Source: an uncultured bacterium
Lineage (GTDB): Bacteria > Fidelibacterota > JAANXI01
Direction of reading: 5' to 3'
Assembly (NCBI GenBank): GCA_964413425.1
Contig: CAYPST010000011.1
Span: forward strand, 1,646-65,645
Length of the DNA: 64,000 nucleotides
Position 1 is the stretch's first letter. Every line of letters begins with the position of its first letter. A model generated the notes under the pieces. That model made no database searches. It was not told the origin of the DNA and saw only the letters and a program-made list of their open reading frames with translations. Positions 62,324-64,000 of this stretch are shown one piece after another. The translations under genes were made by a program, and so were the position numbers.

Positions 62324-62944
62324 GTGAAGATAGCACCGGTAGAAATAAGAAAATACGAATTTAAGCGCACGTTCAGAGGGTACGATCCGGATGAAGTGCG
62401 TTATTTTTTAGAAATGGTGGCAGATGAACTGGAGGCTCTGAACCGGGAGAAGCACGAACTGCAGTCGAAAGTAGAACAAGACAAGTCCCAGCTGGAAGAA
62501 TACCGGCAGATTGAAAAATCGATGCAGGATGCGTTAATCGTAGCCAAGGAGACCTCCGACAAATCCCTGGCCAATTCGAAGAAAGAATCCACACTCATCA
62601 TTGCGGATGCGGAAGCCAAAGCGGACAGGATTATAGAAGATGCCAGGAAAGAGGCCAGCAAGATTAAGCAGGAAATCGCACAGCTGCGCATTCAGCGGGA
62701 CACCTTCATTGTGAAACTGAAGAACTTGCTGCGGTCTGAGTTCGAGCTGCTGGATGCGCTGAGTGAGGAAGGCGAACAGATAGAGAATCTCGATCTCGGG
62801 GAAATTGGCGGGGATCAATTCGATGTGGAGAAATTGAAAGAAGAAATCCGGAAGTTGAATAATGATATTTATGAAGGAGTGAGGCAGGGAGAGGCACCGG
62901 AGGATCCTCCCAGGGGTTTCGCCGATAAAGATTCGCAAGAATAG
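62324..62944 (+). CDS. divIVA: DivIVA domain protein
   Basis: PVEIRKYEFKRTFRGYDPDEVRYFL followed by a coiled coil. Confidence 0.92.
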   Translation: MKIAPVEIRKYEFKRTFRGYDPDEVRYFLEMVADELEALNREKHELQSKVEQDKSQLEEYRQIEKSMQDALIVAKETSDKSLANSKKESTLIIADAEAKADRIIEDARKEASKIKQEIAQLRIQRDTFIVKLKNLLRSEFELLDALSEEGEQIENLDLGEIGGDQFDVEKLKEEIRKLNNDIYEGVRQGEAPEDPPRGFADKDSQE

Positions 62945-62966
62945 CATATCGGAGTGTTCTGCCGGT

Positions 62967-63737
62967 TTGGAGACACCTGAGTCGATTATTGAACATCTCC
63001 GCCCCCACTGTCCGGCGGGACTGATTGTCCTCTCCTCTGCCCTGTGGCCACTGGTTACTGATTTTACTGTCACCCGGGAGTGGAAGCTCCCGCCCCCGCC
63101 GGGAGAATCTGCTTCCGGAGAGGGCCGGATTGCACATTGCCTGGTTCGGGGAACGTCTATTATTTTTGCCCGGGCTGTGCGATCAGGGGAAGCAGGGGCA
63201 GCGGCAGCTTACGATCTGCTTCCTTTCGAGATTGCCCGGAAGGTTGACCTTCACCAATGCATTTTAGTTGGAACGGCAGAGTGTTCTCCTCCGGCAGTAT
63301 CGGACTATGGTGTTGTGACTGATCATGTGAATTTGCTCGGAAGTAATCCCCTTATTCAGTGTTATGGCGGGAGGGTCTCAAAACGCCGATTCCCGGATAT
63401 GACCAACGTATATGGTAATATGCTTCAGGAAAAGCTGAGTCTCAGTTTCGGGAGGAACTCCGGGCAAAAGGTCCTGCGAGGAATTTTGGTGGGAGTTGGC
63501 GAGAACAACAAATTGCGACAGGCGCAAATGGCTGCTTTAAGAAGAATGGGTCGATGTTTCTTTTGCTCCGAACTGGTGTATGAGGCAATTGCCGCTCACA
63601 GTGCAGGTATGGATGTCGGTTGTGCAGTGCACTTTGGAGCGGCGCCAGGATCTCACGATACTTCCGGTGAAGAAAGTGAGCTTCTGCACATATTATCTCA
63701 GACAGTTCAGACTCTTTTTTCTCGAAAAAAGTCTTGA
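62967..63737 (+). CDS. Purine nucleoside phosphorylase-I-like protein with a degenerate active site
   Basis: Retains DHVNLLGSNPL and RFPDMTNVY from PNP-I. The GSG, GH, GRxHxYEG, GPxxET, GMST and TN motifs are missing. Confidence 0.7.
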   Translation: METPESIIEHLRPHCPAGLIVLSSALWPLVTDFTVTREWKLPPPPGESASGEGRIAHCLVRGTSIIFARAVRSGEAGAAAAYDLLPFEIARKVDLHQCILVGTAECSPPAVSDYGVVTDHVNLLGSNPLIQCYGGRVSKRRFPDMTNVYGNMLQEKLSLSFGRNSGQKVLRGILVGVGENNKLRQAQMAALRRMGRCFFCSELVYEAIAAHSAGMDVGCAVHFGAAPGSHDTSGEESELLHILSQTVQTLFSRKKS

Positions 63738-63856
63738 ATTTTGCAGAGGAGTTACATAACCTTTGAGTGACTGCAATTCATTTTTGCAGTTCCATACCTC
63801 TGGTTACATTGAGTTCAAGTCCATCGAGTGGAAATATCAAACAAGGGGAGGATAGT

Positions 63857-64000
63857 ATGGCGTACTCAAGAGGCAGCGCTAATCGGGTTATATTAGTGGG
63901 GCACGTCGGTGCCAAACCGGAAGTTCGGTATACCCCGAGTGGGGTAGCGGTAGCGAATTTGAATTTGGCCACCAACGAAACCTGGACGGACAATGACGGG
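63857..64000 (+). CDS. ssb: Single-stranded DNA-binding protein (3'-truncated by the window edge)
   Basis: [43 protein letters not shown], with a GGAGG RBS. Confidence 0.95.
   Translation, partial: MAYSRGSANRVILVGHVGAKPEVRYTPSGVAVANLNLATNETWTDNDG

Overview
Housekeeping-rich, replication-origin-proximal window from a diderm bacterium. SprA, a Bacteroidota-style LptD, the mfd-PPIase triplet and the yggS-yggT-divIVA block point to the FCB superphylum (possibly Marinisomatota, Calditrichota or KSB1; this is inference). About 45 CDS are recognisable. No rRNA, tRNA, CRISPR array, transposase or prophage gene was found. Main observations: (1) A family of non-autonomous MITE-like elements (GAGTCTATTTAGAAAA...TTTTCTAAACACTCTC termini, 6-9 bp target duplications) has four complete and two partial copies. 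These carry modular C-GAA-G hairpins and are twice associated with a second inverted-repeat element. One copy sits exactly at the lexA stop codon and rebuilds it. (2) dnaA is separated from the dnaN-proximal origin candidate by about 14 kb, consistent with an inversion, and two parS sites flank mnmG. (3) Three intact ORFs (PdxJ-like, MOSC-like, PNP-like) have ablated active sites. (4) An OstA-like/LptD fusion and a SprA translocon are present. (5) A ggt gene has lost most of its interior. (6) A phased 10-mer array and a candidate structured RNA lie in intergenic DNA. All family calls come from motif recognition by eye; no database search was run.
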